From contig JAHQWG010000016.1 in assembly GCA_029856045.1 (NCBI GenBank), forward strand, positions 352,001 to 416,000: a stretch of DNA of 64,000 nucleotides, read 5' to 3'. Below are positions 38,436-49,058 of this stretch, piece after piece. This DNA is from Promethearchaeia archaeon (GTDB taxonomy: Archaea; Asgardarchaeota; Lokiarchaeia; Sigyniarchaeales; SOKP01). The notes below the pieces were generated by a model. That model was given only the letters and a program-made list of their open reading frames with translations. It was not told the DNA's origin and did no database searches. The number at the start of each line of letters is the position of its first letter. The first letter of the stretch is position 1. Both the position numbers and the translations under genes were made by a program.

Positions 38436-38969
38436 CTAAATTTCTGTTACTTTAAGTTTAATAAATAGAATATCAACATAAATCTCTAAATTATTTTCAA
38501 TTTTCCATAATTCAAAAATAATTGTTTTATTTAAGCCCACATTAGAAAAAGAAATATTTTGAGCATCAGAAATCCATTCATTGCCATGTTGAAGTGTAAT
38601 ATTTGGTAATTTCCTAATTAAGGTACCATTGGATCCCGAGTCTTTATTAATCCAAGTATTATTATTTCCTTTAAGGATATGGATTGAAAAAGAAAAATCT
38701 GTCTTTAAATAATTACCTACAGTTGCGTATAAGGTAATATTTTTACTTTTCTTTACTTGCGTGGGATAATCTTGGGCATATCCATCTGAATTTAATAAGC
38801 CGTAGGTATAATAACCTGGTTCGACCTTAATTATTTCATAAATAATAAAACAAGAAGTTAGAATGATTCCAATTAATAAAATAATTCTGGTGATTTTTAC
38901 AAGATTTTTCCGTTCTTGATTTGAATTATTAAGAGAATTTTCCTCTTTTATATTTTCTTTATTCTTCAT
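38436..38969 (-). CDS. DUF1616-like membrane-anchored protein
   Basis: One TM, then LL...G.A.DYP, V.N and FELW. The start is placed at the second ATG to reduce overlap with the upstream gene. Confidence 0.65.
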   Translation of the reverse strand: MKNKENIKEENSLNNSNQERKNLVKITRIILLIGIILTSCFIIYEIIKVEPGYYTYGLLNSDGYAQDYPTQVKKSKNITLYATVGNYLKTDFSFSIHILKGNNNTWINKDSGSNGTLIRKLPNITLQHGNEWISDAQNISFSNVGLNKTIIFELWKIENNLEIYVDILFIKLKVTEI

Positions 38970-40026
38970 TTTCAATGCTTTTAAACCATTCAATTGTTTT
39001 CCTTAATCCTTCTTTTAATGGAGTAGTCGGTTTCCATTTTATAAGTCTTTCTGCTTTTTCTAAAACAGGACATCTCCTTACGGGATCATCAATGGGTAAT
39101 GTTTTATAAGTAATTTTTGAATTAGAATTCGTAAGTTCAATAATGAGTTCGGCAAGTTCTAATATTGTTAATTCATTATCATTTCCTAAATTGATAACTT
39201 CTCCATTTGCAGCATTAAAATGAACTGCTTTTAACAATCCTTCAACTTCATCTACAACATATGTAAATGATCTAGTTTGTGATCCATCACCAAACACAGT
39301 AATATCTTCATCTTTAAGTGCTTGATGAATAAAATTGGGAATAACGCGTCCAAATAAAGCACCATAGCGAATCCTCGGACCATAAGTATTAAAAATCCTA
39401 ATTATTTTAGCTTGTATTTTATGTTGCAATTCATATGCTTTAATAAATGCCTCACCTGCTCTTTTTGACTCATCATAACAACTACGAGGTCCAACAGGAT
39501 TTACATGTCCAAAGTATGTTTCGGGTGTTGGTACTGCACTGTCTGGAGGATTTCCATAGATTTCACTTGTGCTAGTGTAAAAGAATATTGCGTTATGTGC
39601 TTTTGCTATACCCAAGGCATTCATTGTTCCTAAAGTATTACTTTTTAAAATCGATATGGGAAATTTAGTAAATTCGAATGGCGATGCTCTCGAAGCCATA
39701 TGCATTATTATATCTATTTTTTCGATATCTCCTACACAAATACCTATAGGATGATTAGTAAGTCCGAAATATATCGGTTTTGAAATATCATGATTCAGAA
39801 ATCTAAAATTTTTTGTATTCATTAGATGATTTATATTGTCAAAACTACCTGAAGATAAATTATCTAAACAAATACAATATGCCCCTTGCTCTACAAGCAC
39901 ATCGCAAACCCACGAACCTAAAAAACCAGCGCCTCCAGTTACTAAAATTATTTTATCTTTAAATTTAATACTTTCTTTTTCTAAGCGTTTAATTATCTCT
40001 TGAATTTCGTTTTCATGATCATACAT
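38959..40026 (-). CDS. UDP-glucuronate decarboxylase (UXS)-like NAD-dependent epimerase/dehydratase
   Basis: GGAGFLGS, STSEIYG, GPRSCYDESKR, RIFNTYGPR, GDGSQTRSF and DDP.RR.P. Confidence 0.9.
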   Translation of the reverse strand: MYDHENEIQEIIKRLEKESIKFKDKIILVTGGAGFLGSWVCDVLVEQGAYCICLDNLSSGSFDNINHLMNTKNFRFLNHDISKPIYFGLTNHPIGICVGDIEKIDIIMHMASRASPFEFTKFPISILKSNTLGTMNALGIAKAHNAIFFYTSTSEIYGNPPDSAVPTPETYFGHVNPVGPRSCYDESKRAGEAFIKAYELQHKIQAKIIRIFNTYGPRIRYGALFGRVIPNFIHQALKDEDITVFGDGSQTRSFTYVVDEVEGLLKAVHFNAANGEVINLGNDNELTILELAELIIELTNSNSKITYKTLPIDDPVRRCPVLEKAERLIKWKPTTPLKEGLRKTIEWFKSIENEE

Positions 40027-40099
40027 ATAAAGTCCCGAAATTTTCCCTTAAATTGTTAATAAAAATGTTTTGAAATAAAAAAAGCTTTAGGCTAAAAAA

Positions 40100-40699
40100 T
40101 TAAATTGAATTATCTTTTTTTTCTCCACAAAATTGGCAATAAATTAGCTCTTTTGGATAATAATTTCCACAAAATTTGCATTTCATTAAAGAATTTTTTA
40201 AAATCTCTTTACCCAGCATTACAAAGATTGATTCAACATGGTATCCCGTTTTAGAACTACATTCAATTACTTTTCCTTGAAAATTATATCTATTATAAAA
40301 ATCCGAAATATCTTTGTTAGAAATCTGTCTAATTTCTTCCAAATCAAGTTTGGATCCAATTAATAATTTAGTATTAGGAGGATTTGGGCTATTATCAATA
40401 ATCTCAAGCCAATCAATTAAATCATCCAATGATTCTCTATTCGTAATGTCATATAAAATTAATGCCCCCGATGCACCGCTAACATATGACGGAAAAAGGG
40501 TTCGAAATTTCTCTTCTCCTGCAAAATCCCAGATATTTAATAAAATAATACTATCTTCAACTACAACTTTCTTCGTCTCAAAATCAACCCCTATTGTTGA
40601 TTGCGTCCCTATATTAAATTTCCCAGTACAGAATCTTCTGATTAGGCTTGTTTTACCTACTGCTTTTGCTCCCGCAACCACTATCTTAAATTTAATCAA
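40100..40699 (-). CDS. Rab-like small GTPase with C-terminal zinc ribbon
   Basis: G1 GAKAVGKT, TIGVDF, WDFAGEEKF, YDIT, GSKLD and SSK; C-terminal CKFC...CQFC. Confidence 0.9.
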   Translation of the reverse strand: MIKFKIVVAGAKAVGKTSLIRRFCTGKFNIGTQSTIGVDFETKKVVVEDSIILLNIWDFAGEEKFRTLFPSYVSGASGALILYDITNRESLDDLIDWLEIIDNSPNPPNTKLLIGSKLDLEEIRQISNKDISDFYNRYNFQGKVIECSSKTGYHVESIFVMLGKEILKNSLMKCKFCGNYYPKELIYCQFCGEKKDNSI

Positions 40700-40820
40700 T
40701 GTGAAATTTTAATTTTCTTTTTTTAATACAATTTCGTTATAAATAAATAAAATCAATTAATATATTATTTTTTATTAAAATTGATAAATTTAATAGAAAT
40801 ATCTATAATTTGAATTATAA

Positions 40821-43160
40821 CTATTTTGATTCCACTTTATCATTTTGATACTTAAAATTTGCGATTTTATATATTTCCTGTGCTAATTTCTTTCCAATAT
40901 TTGGAGTTTCCATTAGGTCTCCAATATCAGCATTGAAAATTTCCTTTATTTTATGGAATTTTGATAACAAACTTTTTGCTCTTAAATAATTAATCCCCGG
41001 AACTCCAGCAACAATAAATTCTAATAAACGAGATATTTTTAATGGTGCTTTTTCAAATCTTAATTTAAATTCTTGCTTTTTTTCAGATTGTTCTTTCTTA
41101 GCTAAATAGTAAAGTGTTTTAGCAGTTTCTCGAGAATCCTTTGTTTGATAGATGTAAATACCCATGTTAATCATTACAGAAAAAAAAGCACCATATATAG
41201 CATTTTCGCTTAGATTTGAAGAAATAATTGGATTTTCACCTTCGAGAATTAAAATTGGTCGATAAAAATTTTGTGATAAGTCTTTTAATTCTTTAAAAAA
41301 ACGTCCATCTTTTATTGAATCTGAAAAATCTTTAGTGCTTTTTCGTTCAACCCCGACCTTTTTTGAAATGATATAATCCGCTACTTCCAAATTCTGGAGC
41401 TTTATTTGAACTCCATATAAAGATAAAGTTCTAACTACTGAAGAGGCTGTTTCACGATTATCCACATAAATAGTATATTTTTCTGCTCCTCTTATTGGAG
41501 TAACCGATTCTGAATCTAAGGAATTTTCCAAACCATTATTTTTTTTTTGTTCAATATCTTTGATAAAATCCATTAAATCCTTTTTCTTTTCATACTTTAA
41601 ATTTTTCATTCTTATCAAACTCTCTTTCATTTTTTTTTCTTTTGCTAATTCCGCCCAATAATAACCTTCATCTCGGGTGTCCTTTGCGATCAATATTACT
41701 ATTTTTCCTGCTTTTTGCCTTCCCGTACGCCCACGTCTTTGAATTGATCGAACGACACTTGGAGTCATATCATAAAAAATTACTAAATCACATTCTGGTA
41801 TGTCAAGTCCTTCTTCACCAACATTAGTCGAGACTAATACATTATAAATTCCTTCTTTAAACTTATCAAGTATTTCTAATTGATTTTTCTGAGACAGACC
41901 CTTATCTCGTCCTTTCGTTTGTTGACCTACAAATTTATGAATTTGAATAACGTCATCTTCACCGAAATAATTAATTATATTATTAACTGAGTCTCGATAT
42001 TGTGAAAAAACTAAAATCCTCGAATTCTCATTTAAAGAAATTTGTTCAGATAATAATTCCTTTAATTTCTTCATCTTTGGATGAATTATTCCTTCTGAGA
42101 TTAGCTTTCGTGTTAAATTAATGGCTTTTTTGAAATCTCGATTTTGAAATAACTCATTAAGTGATTTTGAACTCTTATTATTTTGAATATTTTCCTCATT
42201 TTTGGTAAAATAATGCTCTAGAGCTTTAAGACCCTGTGTCTCCAGTAATTCAATCATATGGGATAAGCGTAAAGCATTTGCTACCATCTTTTTTGCATTA
42301 AACATAGCGAATTTCTCATTATCATCAGTTGTTTGAGAAATCTTTAGATCAATTTCTTTATTTAATCCCAGTATTTTAAGACGGGATATATTTCTGATTA
42401 CTTCGCTTTCAATTAAGTTCTGATTTTTTAAGAATTTATAAGTTTCTTTTAATTTCTTTTCTAAAATATTTAAAATTTCTAAGAAATCTTCAGGTAAATC
42501 AACTTTCATCCATATAATATCAACTTTTTGAATATAAGGTTTAACATCTTCATCCTTCTCTGTCCTAATCTCGATTTTATCGATAAATAAATTCTCTTTT
42601 ATTATATTAATTTTCTCTTCAGTCGCCCCCGGACTTGCCGTTATTCCTAAGATTTGTCTATTTCCATCAAGACTCATATATTTTTGAGCAATAAACGTAT
42701 AAGCATAATTCCCTACTGCTCTATGACATTCATCAAAAATGATTAAAGAAACATTACTGAGAGAATAGTTATTTGAAATTATATCATTTTGAAGAACTTG
42801 TGGTGTGGCAAATAATACTCGCGTGTTATCCCATTCTTTTTTCCTATTAGCAGGAGATATCGCACCTGTAAACATTACCAATTTTTCTTCAGGAATTCTT
42901 GTCGATTCTATAAACAAATTCCTATGCTGATTTACCAGCGGTTTGGTTGGAGCAAGAAATATTACTTTTAAATCTTCAAATTTCGATAAATTATAAATGG
43001 CAAGCATTAAAGCAATAATTGTTTTCCCTAATCCAGTAGGAATAATTACTAAACAATTAGAATTAATACAACTTATAAATACGTTTTCTTGATATGCTCT
43101 TCTAATAACTTTATTTTCTTTTATAAGTGGATGGTCTATATAGATTACATTATCATTCAT
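40821..43160 (-). CDS. hef: Hef helicase-nuclease (FANCM/XPF-like)
   Basis: PTGLGKT, DECHRA, TASP, EEGLDI and QRRGRTGR, followed by an ERCC4 nuclease domain (DNRE, ERK) and HhH. Confidence 0.95.
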   Translation of the reverse strand: MNDNVIYIDHPLIKENKVIRRAYQENVFISCINSNCLVIIPTGLGKTIIALMLAIYNLSKFEDLKVIFLAPTKPLVNQHRNLFIESTRIPEEKLVMFTGAISPANRKKEWDNTRVLFATPQVLQNDIISNNYSLSNVSLIIFDECHRAVGNYAYTFIAQKYMSLDGNRQILGITASPGATEEKINIIKENLFIDKIEIRTEKDEDVKPYIQKVDIIWMKVDLPEDFLEILNILEKKLKETYKFLKNQNLIESEVIRNISRLKILGLNKEIDLKISQTTDDNEKFAMFNAKKMVANALRLSHMIELLETQGLKALEHYFTKNEENIQNNKSSKSLNELFQNRDFKKAINLTRKLISEGIIHPKMKKLKELLSEQISLNENSRILVFSQYRDSVNNIINYFGEDDVIQIHKFVGQQTKGRDKGLSQKNQLEILDKFKEGIYNVLVSTNVGEEGLDIPECDLVIFYDMTPSVVRSIQRRGRTGRQKAGKIVILIAKDTRDEGYYWAELAKEKKMKESLIRMKNLKYEKKKDLMDFIKDIEQKKNNGLENSLDSESVTPIRGAEKYTIYVDNRETASSVVRTLSLYGVQIKLQNLEVADYIISKKVGVERKSTKDFSDSIKDGRFFKELKDLSQNFYRPILILEGENPIISSNLSENAIYGAFFSVMINMGIYIYQTKDSRETAKTLYYLAKKEQSEKKQEFKLRFEKAPLKISRLLEFIVAGVPGINYLRAKSLLSKFHKIKEIFNADIGDLMETPNIGKKLAQEIYKIANFKYQNDKVESK

Positions 43161-43313
43161 TTGATTTACTCCATATTACATAGCCGACTCTTTTTTGCTA
43201 TTTTGCTACTGATAATTCCTTATTTATAAAATAAAAAAAATTACACTCTACTCGATTAATATAAAAAGAATGAGGATCTAAAAAATATTTCATAATAACT
43301 CACTAATAATGAT

Positions 43314-43417
43314 TAGGCGAGGGGGAATTCGAATCCCCGATCTCTACGGTCTGCCCATTAATCTAAAATTAAAGTAATTGTGAGCGTAGCGCGCTAACCG
43401 GGCTATGCTACTCGCCT
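43314..43417 (-). tRNA. tRNA-Val(CAC) with a 29-nt anticodon-loop intron
   Basis: Acceptor stem AGGCGAG/CTCGCCT plus discriminator A; anticodon stem CTACG/CGTAG with loop CT-CAC; T arm GGGGA-TTCGAAT-TCCCC; intron about 43350-43378; CCA not encoded. Confidence 0.9.
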
Positions 43418-43500
43418 ATAAATAAAAAATTAAATATATAAAAAAATAATAAACCAAAAAAGATAAATTTGATTTATTTTTAAATTTAATATTAACCTAT

Positions 43501-43818
43501 TTGAGGTCTCATTTTTTGTCCACCCCTAATGAAGTCGGAAAATTACGTAAAAAATATAAAGATGTACGTAAAAAAATCAAAATAGGTTCAATTTTTCTTA
43601 CAAGATTTGAAAAAGCAAGAATAGTAGGAGCTAGAGCTTTACAGATATCGTTTGGAGCGCCAATTCTTATTATTCGACCCAAGGAAGTTATAGATCCAAT
43701 CAAAATTGCTCAGTTAGAACTAGAATCCGGTATCCTCCCCTTAACTTTACGTAGAAGACTTCCAAATGAAGAATATCAAGATATTCCCATTAACTGGCTA
43801 GTTATTAAGAAAAGTTAA
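43501..43818 (+). CDS. rpoK: DNA-directed RNA polymerase subunit K (Rpo6)
   Basis: LTRFEKARIVGARALQIS.GAP and IA..EL....LPL...R.LP. Confidence 0.95.
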   Translation: MRSHFLSTPNEVGKLRKKYKDVRKKIKIGSIFLTRFEKARIVGARALQISFGAPILIIRPKEVIDPIKIAQLELESGILPLTLRRRLPNEEYQDIPINWLVIKKS

Positions 43819-43851
43819 TTATTTTTTTTTAATTGATCATTTAAAACAAAA

Positions 43852-44367
43852 TTACTGAACTCTGTATTTTCCTCTCTCTGTTAGGTAGTAAACATCATTT
43901 TCTGCAATTCTTTCCTTAATCACATAACCTTTCTTTATTAAACCATTTAAAATGTTTAAAAGATCATCTTTTGTAAACGGTTCAATTCCTAAAGGAATTC
44001 TACTCTGATTTGCAATTATTGCTATGCGTGTTAAAAACATTCTTTTATCCATTATTGATTCAAGTATGGTTAACTCTTCGTTAGATAACTTTTCAAACTG
44101 ATCATGCTCCAAAAGTCGATCTTTTAATACTTTAGATAAATCTTGAACATCCTCATCAACTTCTTGTTTTTTTATCTCAACATGAGATAATTTAACTAAA
44201 TCTTTGGCTACTGGAATTTTTTTCTTTATATCTTGATTTTTCTTCTCTTTCCTTATTGTATTATCCATAAATCCATGTTTCTTTAATTTTTCTTTATCGT
44301 TCTCTTTATTCTTCTCTTTTTCATCTTTTTCAAAATAATGCAAATTTTTCAAACCTTTTAATAACAA
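43852..44367 (-). CDS. Hypothetical protein: charged N-terminus and C-terminal winged helix (start uncertain)
   Basis: LNGLIKKGYV...YYLTERG is a typical wHTH wing motif. Confidence 0.6.
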   Translation of the reverse strand: MLLKGLKNLHYFEKDEKEKNKENDKEKLKKHGFMDNTIRKEKKNQDIKKKIPVAKDLVKLSHVEIKKQEVDEDVQDLSKVLKDRLLEHDQFEKLSNEELTILESIMDKRMFLTRIAIIANQSRIPLGIEPFTKDDLLNILNGLIKKGYVIKERIAENDVYYLTERGKYRVQ

Positions 44368-44441
44368 TTAAAAAATTTTAATTTTTATTATATTAAAATT
44401 ATCTTAATTTTTAAAATTTAAAATATCTCTAATGAAAAAAT

Positions 44442-45020
44442 ATGAAAAAAAAAATAACATTGCCAAATAGATGTTCTATTATTTTAAAACATGCAAACCT
44501 TGAAGATGTTGATGGTGTTTGGAAAAATTTTAATACTGTTATAGATGAAGGAATCTATTTACCAATATTCGAAAAGGTGTGTGATGTTGAAAAGGAATCG
44601 TGGTATGAAGATATAAAATTGGGAAGAGATTTATGTGTTGTAGCTCAAATTCCTAATGCAAAACCTCCAGATAATATCGCAGGGCAATGTGAAATCACAG
44701 ATCCCGAATGGGATGCAGCGGCACATCATGTCGGAATTTTAGGAATCATTATAAGAGAAGATTTTAGGGGATTAGGACTTGGAGAGATATTAATTGATTA
44801 TGCAATACGTGAGTCAAAAAAAATAAAAGATAAGGCAAAAATTATTTTATCTTGTTTTTCCACTAACTCTAAAGCTATAAATTTATATAATAAATTAGGA
44901 TTCAAAAAAATTGGAGTTAGAAAAAAGCAATTTTATATGAATGATCAATTTTACGATGAGGTTTTAATGGAAATTTTTATTGAAGATTATTTAAAGGATA
45001 AAGAAAAAACCATTAAATAG
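44442..45020 (+). CDS. GNAT family N-acetyltransferase
   Basis: FRGLGLG acetyl-CoA motif and N.KAINLY.KLGF..IG. Confidence 0.88.
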   Translation: MKKKITLPNRCSIILKHANLEDVDGVWKNFNTVIDEGIYLPIFEKVCDVEKESWYEDIKLGRDLCVVAQIPNAKPPDNIAGQCEITDPEWDAAAHHVGILGIIIREDFRGLGLGEILIDYAIRESKKIKDKAKIILSCFSTNSKAINLYNKLGFKKIGVRKKQFYMNDQFYDEVLMEIFIEDYLKDKEKTIK

Positions 45021-45085
45021 ATACAATTTATCTTATTAAACTCATTATTCAAAAATGATTAAAGAAATAATAGAATAAAAATTTT

Positions 45086-48000
45086 TTAGGTTTCTATTAT
45101 AGGTAAGGTAAAATAAAATTCAGCTCCTTTATCCTTTCCTTTTGAAGTTCCCCATATTTTTCCACCATGTGCTTCCACAATCCCTTTTGAAATATAGAGC
45201 CCAAGTCCTAACCCCTTTTTTCTATCGATATGATCAGCACTCTCTTTCTCAATTACTTCAAACTTTTTAAATAATCTTCTAATATCACGAATACTTAACC
45301 CTTTACCCTCATTTCTAATTTTAAATAAAAATTGGTCTTTTACCTTTTTGGCTGAGATCTTAATATTACCATCATTCAGAGTGTATTTTACAGCATTTGA
45401 GAATAAATTAGAAAAGACCTCATAAATTCTATTTGCGTCAACTCTCAGATATAAATCTTTTTGAACATCTATTATGATGTTTATGTTTTTCTCCTTCAAT
45501 TCAAAACTTAGCTCTTCAAGGCAATTTTCAATAATATCATATAAATTCTTTTTCTCTAGAGTTACTTCCATTTTTTTTGCATCAATTATCATTACATCTA
45601 ACAATTGCTCTATTAAAAGATTTAATCGTTGAGAATTTTTTTGGATAAGTAATACATCTTTCCTGATTTCAAAATCCAAATCTTTATGGTGAGTTAAAAT
45701 ATAATCTGTATATCCAGTGATAGAAATCATAGGAGTTTTCAATTCATGAGCTGCAATAGTAATAAAATCGTTTTTTAACTCATCCAATCTCTTTAATTCA
45801 ATATTCTGTTTTCTTAATTTTTCTTCCGCCTGCTTTAACTTGCTAATATCGTCAAAAGCACTCAATATCCGAATAGTTTTCCCTTCTTGATCTAATGTTG
45901 GGACTAATTTATATCTTAGAAATACAAATTTCTCCCATTTCGTAATATATGGGCGTTCAGAACTGATTTGTCGACCTTCATTTATACATTTTTCAAAATC
46001 ACCCGAAATACCAGCCCTCATTAATAGAGGAAAGGTTAAAAGATTAATCTGTTTAGTGGCTTCTTTAGAAGGAGAACCAAGAAGTTCAACGGCATTTTTA
46101 TTCACATTAAGAATTGTTCCATTGACATCACAAGTCAAGATTCCTATAGGTGCTTCATCAAAAAGAGTTCTATATTTTTCTTCTGATTCTTTTAATTTAT
46201 CTTCTGCTAATTTGCGTTCGGTAATATCTCGTATGAAAATTGCAACTCGATTTTTAGTAAAAAAGAGAAATCGTGCTTCATAATACTGAACTTCATCTTT
46301 TATAGGAAGACTATATTCTAAAATTCGTGGTTGTTTCGAACTTATAGTCTTTGATACATATTCTTTAACCATTTTTCCAAGTTTAAAAGGTAATATATCA
46401 CTCAGTTTTTTACTAAGAAACTGTTCAGGAGGAATAAAAAAATCTTCCCTTTTTCCACGATAATCTATTATGGTAGTTTTCTCATCAACAAGAAAGAACA
46501 AATCTGGAATTGACTCAAAAATACGCCTAAATTTTTTTTCAGATTTTTCCAATTCTTTAGTCCTTTCAACTACCTTATATTCCAATTCTCTATTTAATTT
46601 TTTTAATTCCTTCTCAGCTATTTTCCTATCTGTAATATCTTGAAGTATAATTTGGATAAATCTTTTCTCACTTAAGGTGACCAAAAAATTGTGCAAAATT
46701 ACCCATACTAAAGAATCATCTTTAATATAACAAGGAATTTCGATTGGAGGGGGGTTTATATCTTCTAATATCCTTTTAATTCTGTCTTCGAAAAAGGTTT
46801 TGAGTTCAGTTATCTTAAATAATGATAAAATTTCTTTATAATTTTTACCAATAATCTCTTCTTTTTTAATTCCATATAATTTTTCAATAGTAGAATTACA
46901 TTCCATAATGTTTCCTTTTGTATCCGCTAATAAAATCGAAAAAGGCGAATTGTTAAATAAATGGCGATATTTTTCTTCAGATTCTTTTAATTTTTGTTCT
47001 GATTTTTTTCTTTCATTAATATCCCGAGCAAGACCAGAAAAACCAATTTTACTTCCTTTAGAATCCATTTTTAAATAAAAAGAACTTTCGATAAATCTTT
47101 TTTTTCCATTTTTACTTATAATTTCAGATTCAAAAATAGATTGAGGAAGTTCATATTCATAGACTGAATTGAATTTTTCAAAAACTTCTTCTACTTTCTC
47201 CTTATCTGTAAATTCGAGATAATTCATTCCTATTAATTCATCTGCTGAACATCCTGTAAATTCACATGTCATATTATTGAAAAAAGTAATATTTCCCTTA
47301 AGATCTAATTCAAAATAAGCTTCTTTAATATTTTCAAGAATTTCTCTATATTTCTTTTCAGATTTTTTCAATTCTTGAGTTCTTTTGCTTACCTTTAATT
47401 CTAATTCTTCATTTAATTTTTTTAAAGATTCTTCCGATTCTTTTAATGCTTGTTCTATTTTTTTACGTTTTAGCGAATTTCCAATAATTTCAGAAAAAAT
47501 TTGGAGTAAAGCAAAATCATCATCATTCCATGCTCCAGTATCTCTAACGTTATCAAATCCAATAAATCCTGAGAGTTTTTCCCCAATAGTTAAAGGAAAA
47601 ACTAGAAGCGATTTAACATCTTGAATTTTAAGAATTTCTTTTTCGGTTGCTGCTTCTAAAGGAATTTTTAAAACATCTGTGATGTGAATATATTCACCTT
47701 TCTTGAGTTTATCCATCCACCATGGAAACATTTCTAAAGGTAGATCTTGAAGGGTATCAATTTGTGAAGATACTCCTTCCGTACACCATTCATGTGAATT
47801 ATTCATAGTTTTATTATCTTCAGAAAATAAAAAAAGATAGCTACGGCTTGCTTTACTTAACATGCCCATATCACAAAGCGAAATATTAATAGCATCATTA
47901 ATATTTGAAGTACCAACAAACCGAGAAGATATTCTAGATATAATTCTTTCAAATTCTAATTTACGCTTGATTGATTGCTTCGCTTTCTCTTTTTCAGTAA

Positions 48001-48757
48001 TATCTATTAGAGTTATAAAATCTGCAGGCTTTCCTTGATATAAAATTGATTTAGAATATACATCAACCCATTTTAATTTTCCAGATTTTGTAAATATTCT
48101 ACAAGAATAACGAGATTCAAGATCTAAATCTCCCATCTGTTTCTTTTTTGCTTGTTTCATTATAAATGGTAAATCTTCTGGATGTAGGAGTTTAATAAAA
48201 TCGTTAATTGACCATCCTATTATCTCTTGAGGAGAATATTCTCCCATTTTTGCTAAAGTACTATTAACATATTTTAAAACATCATCTTGAAGAATAACAA
48301 TTCCCATTAATATTTGTTCAGTAATTATTCTGAATTTTGATTCTGATTCTTTTATTTTTTTCTCTGTGTTCATTCTTTCGGTAATATCAGTTGCAAAACC
48401 CAAAATGCCAAAAATTTCTCCATTTTTTTTTAATGGAATTCCATAGGTTTCAACATATATAAAATCACCATTTTTTACTTTAAGCTTAAATTTGGTACGC
48501 TTAGATTGTTTTCCCTTTTCTTTAAGTTCTTTAATAGTGTTAAATGCATTTGCTATTTGATCCTTATCAATTAAATCTTTAAATGAGAGATTTGGAATAT
48601 CTTCTATTTTATATCCAAGCGTTTCTAACGCAATGTCATTTGCATCAAAAAAATTTCCTTTTAAATCATGAGCATAAATTAAATCTAAAGAATTCTCAAA
48701 TAACGCTTTATATTCTTTCCTAATCTCAGCTTCATCATATGCCATTTTTATCCTCAA
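45086..48757 (-). CDS. Soluble multi-sensor histidine kinase (PAS-PAS-GAF-PAS x4-HisKA-HATPase)
   Basis: Repeated PAS ends (DITERK/DINERK), a GAF domain, H-box AHELKTP, N-box NL.SNA.KYT and G-box GLGLGL. Confidence 0.92.
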   Translation of the reverse strand: MRIKMAYDEAEIRKEYKALFENSLDLIYAHDLKGNFFDANDIALETLGYKIEDIPNLSFKDLIDKDQIANAFNTIKELKEKGKQSKRTKFKLKVKNGDFIYVETYGIPLKKNGEIFGILGFATDITERMNTEKKIKESESKFRIITEQILMGIVILQDDVLKYVNSTLAKMGEYSPQEIIGWSINDFIKLLHPEDLPFIMKQAKKKQMGDLDLESRYSCRIFTKSGKLKWVDVYSKSILYQGKPADFITLIDITEKEKAKQSIKRKLEFERIISRISSRFVGTSNINDAINISLCDMGMLSKASRSYLFLFSEDNKTMNNSHEWCTEGVSSQIDTLQDLPLEMFPWWMDKLKKGEYIHITDVLKIPLEAATEKEILKIQDVKSLLVFPLTIGEKLSGFIGFDNVRDTGAWNDDDFALLQIFSEIIGNSLKRKKIEQALKESEESLKKLNEELELKVSKRTQELKKSEKKYREILENIKEAYFELDLKGNITFFNNMTCEFTGCSADELIGMNYLEFTDKEKVEEVFEKFNSVYEYELPQSIFESEIISKNGKKRFIESSFYLKMDSKGSKIGFSGLARDINERKKSEQKLKESEEKYRHLFNNSPFSILLADTKGNIMECNSTIEKLYGIKKEEIIGKNYKEILSLFKITELKTFFEDRIKRILEDINPPPIEIPCYIKDDSLVWVILHNFLVTLSEKRFIQIILQDITDRKIAEKELKKLNRELEYKVVERTKELEKSEKKFRRIFESIPDLFFLVDEKTTIIDYRGKREDFFIPPEQFLSKKLSDILPFKLGKMVKEYVSKTISSKQPRILEYSLPIKDEVQYYEARFLFFTKNRVAIFIRDITERKLAEDKLKESEEKYRTLFDEAPIGILTCDVNGTILNVNKNAVELLGSPSKEATKQINLLTFPLLMRAGISGDFEKCINEGRQISSERPYITKWEKFVFLRYKLVPTLDQEGKTIRILSAFDDISKLKQAEEKLRKQNIELKRLDELKNDFITIAAHELKTPMISITGYTDYILTHHKDLDFEIRKDVLLIQKNSQRLNLLIEQLLDVMIIDAKKMEVTLEKKNLYDIIENCLEELSFELKEKNINIIIDVQKDLYLRVDANRIYEVFSNLFSNAVKYTLNDGNIKISAKKVKDQFLFKIRNEGKGLSIRDIRRLFKKFEVIEKESADHIDRKKGLGLGLYISKGIVEAHGGKIWGTSKGKDKGAEFYFTLPIIET

Positions 48758-49058
48758 ATTTATTTTTTTTTTGATTAAATTTTGGCTCTATATTCTTTAG
48801 TAATATGATTATTTTTTTATTTTATTGCTATCCTACACATTTAAAAAAAATTGAGAAACTAAACAAAAAATTTTAAATTACTTCTATTTTATTATCGATT
48901 AAAGTGTTTTATCATCAATTTGACAGAAATAAATAAAGATTCTAAGAGATTAGTCAAAATTCATAGAAAGAATATAAAATTAATTGGAAAAAATCTATTT
49001 TATTAAATATGAATTTTAAATAAAAAAAGGTAGAAAAAAAAGAATTTTTTTCGATTTT

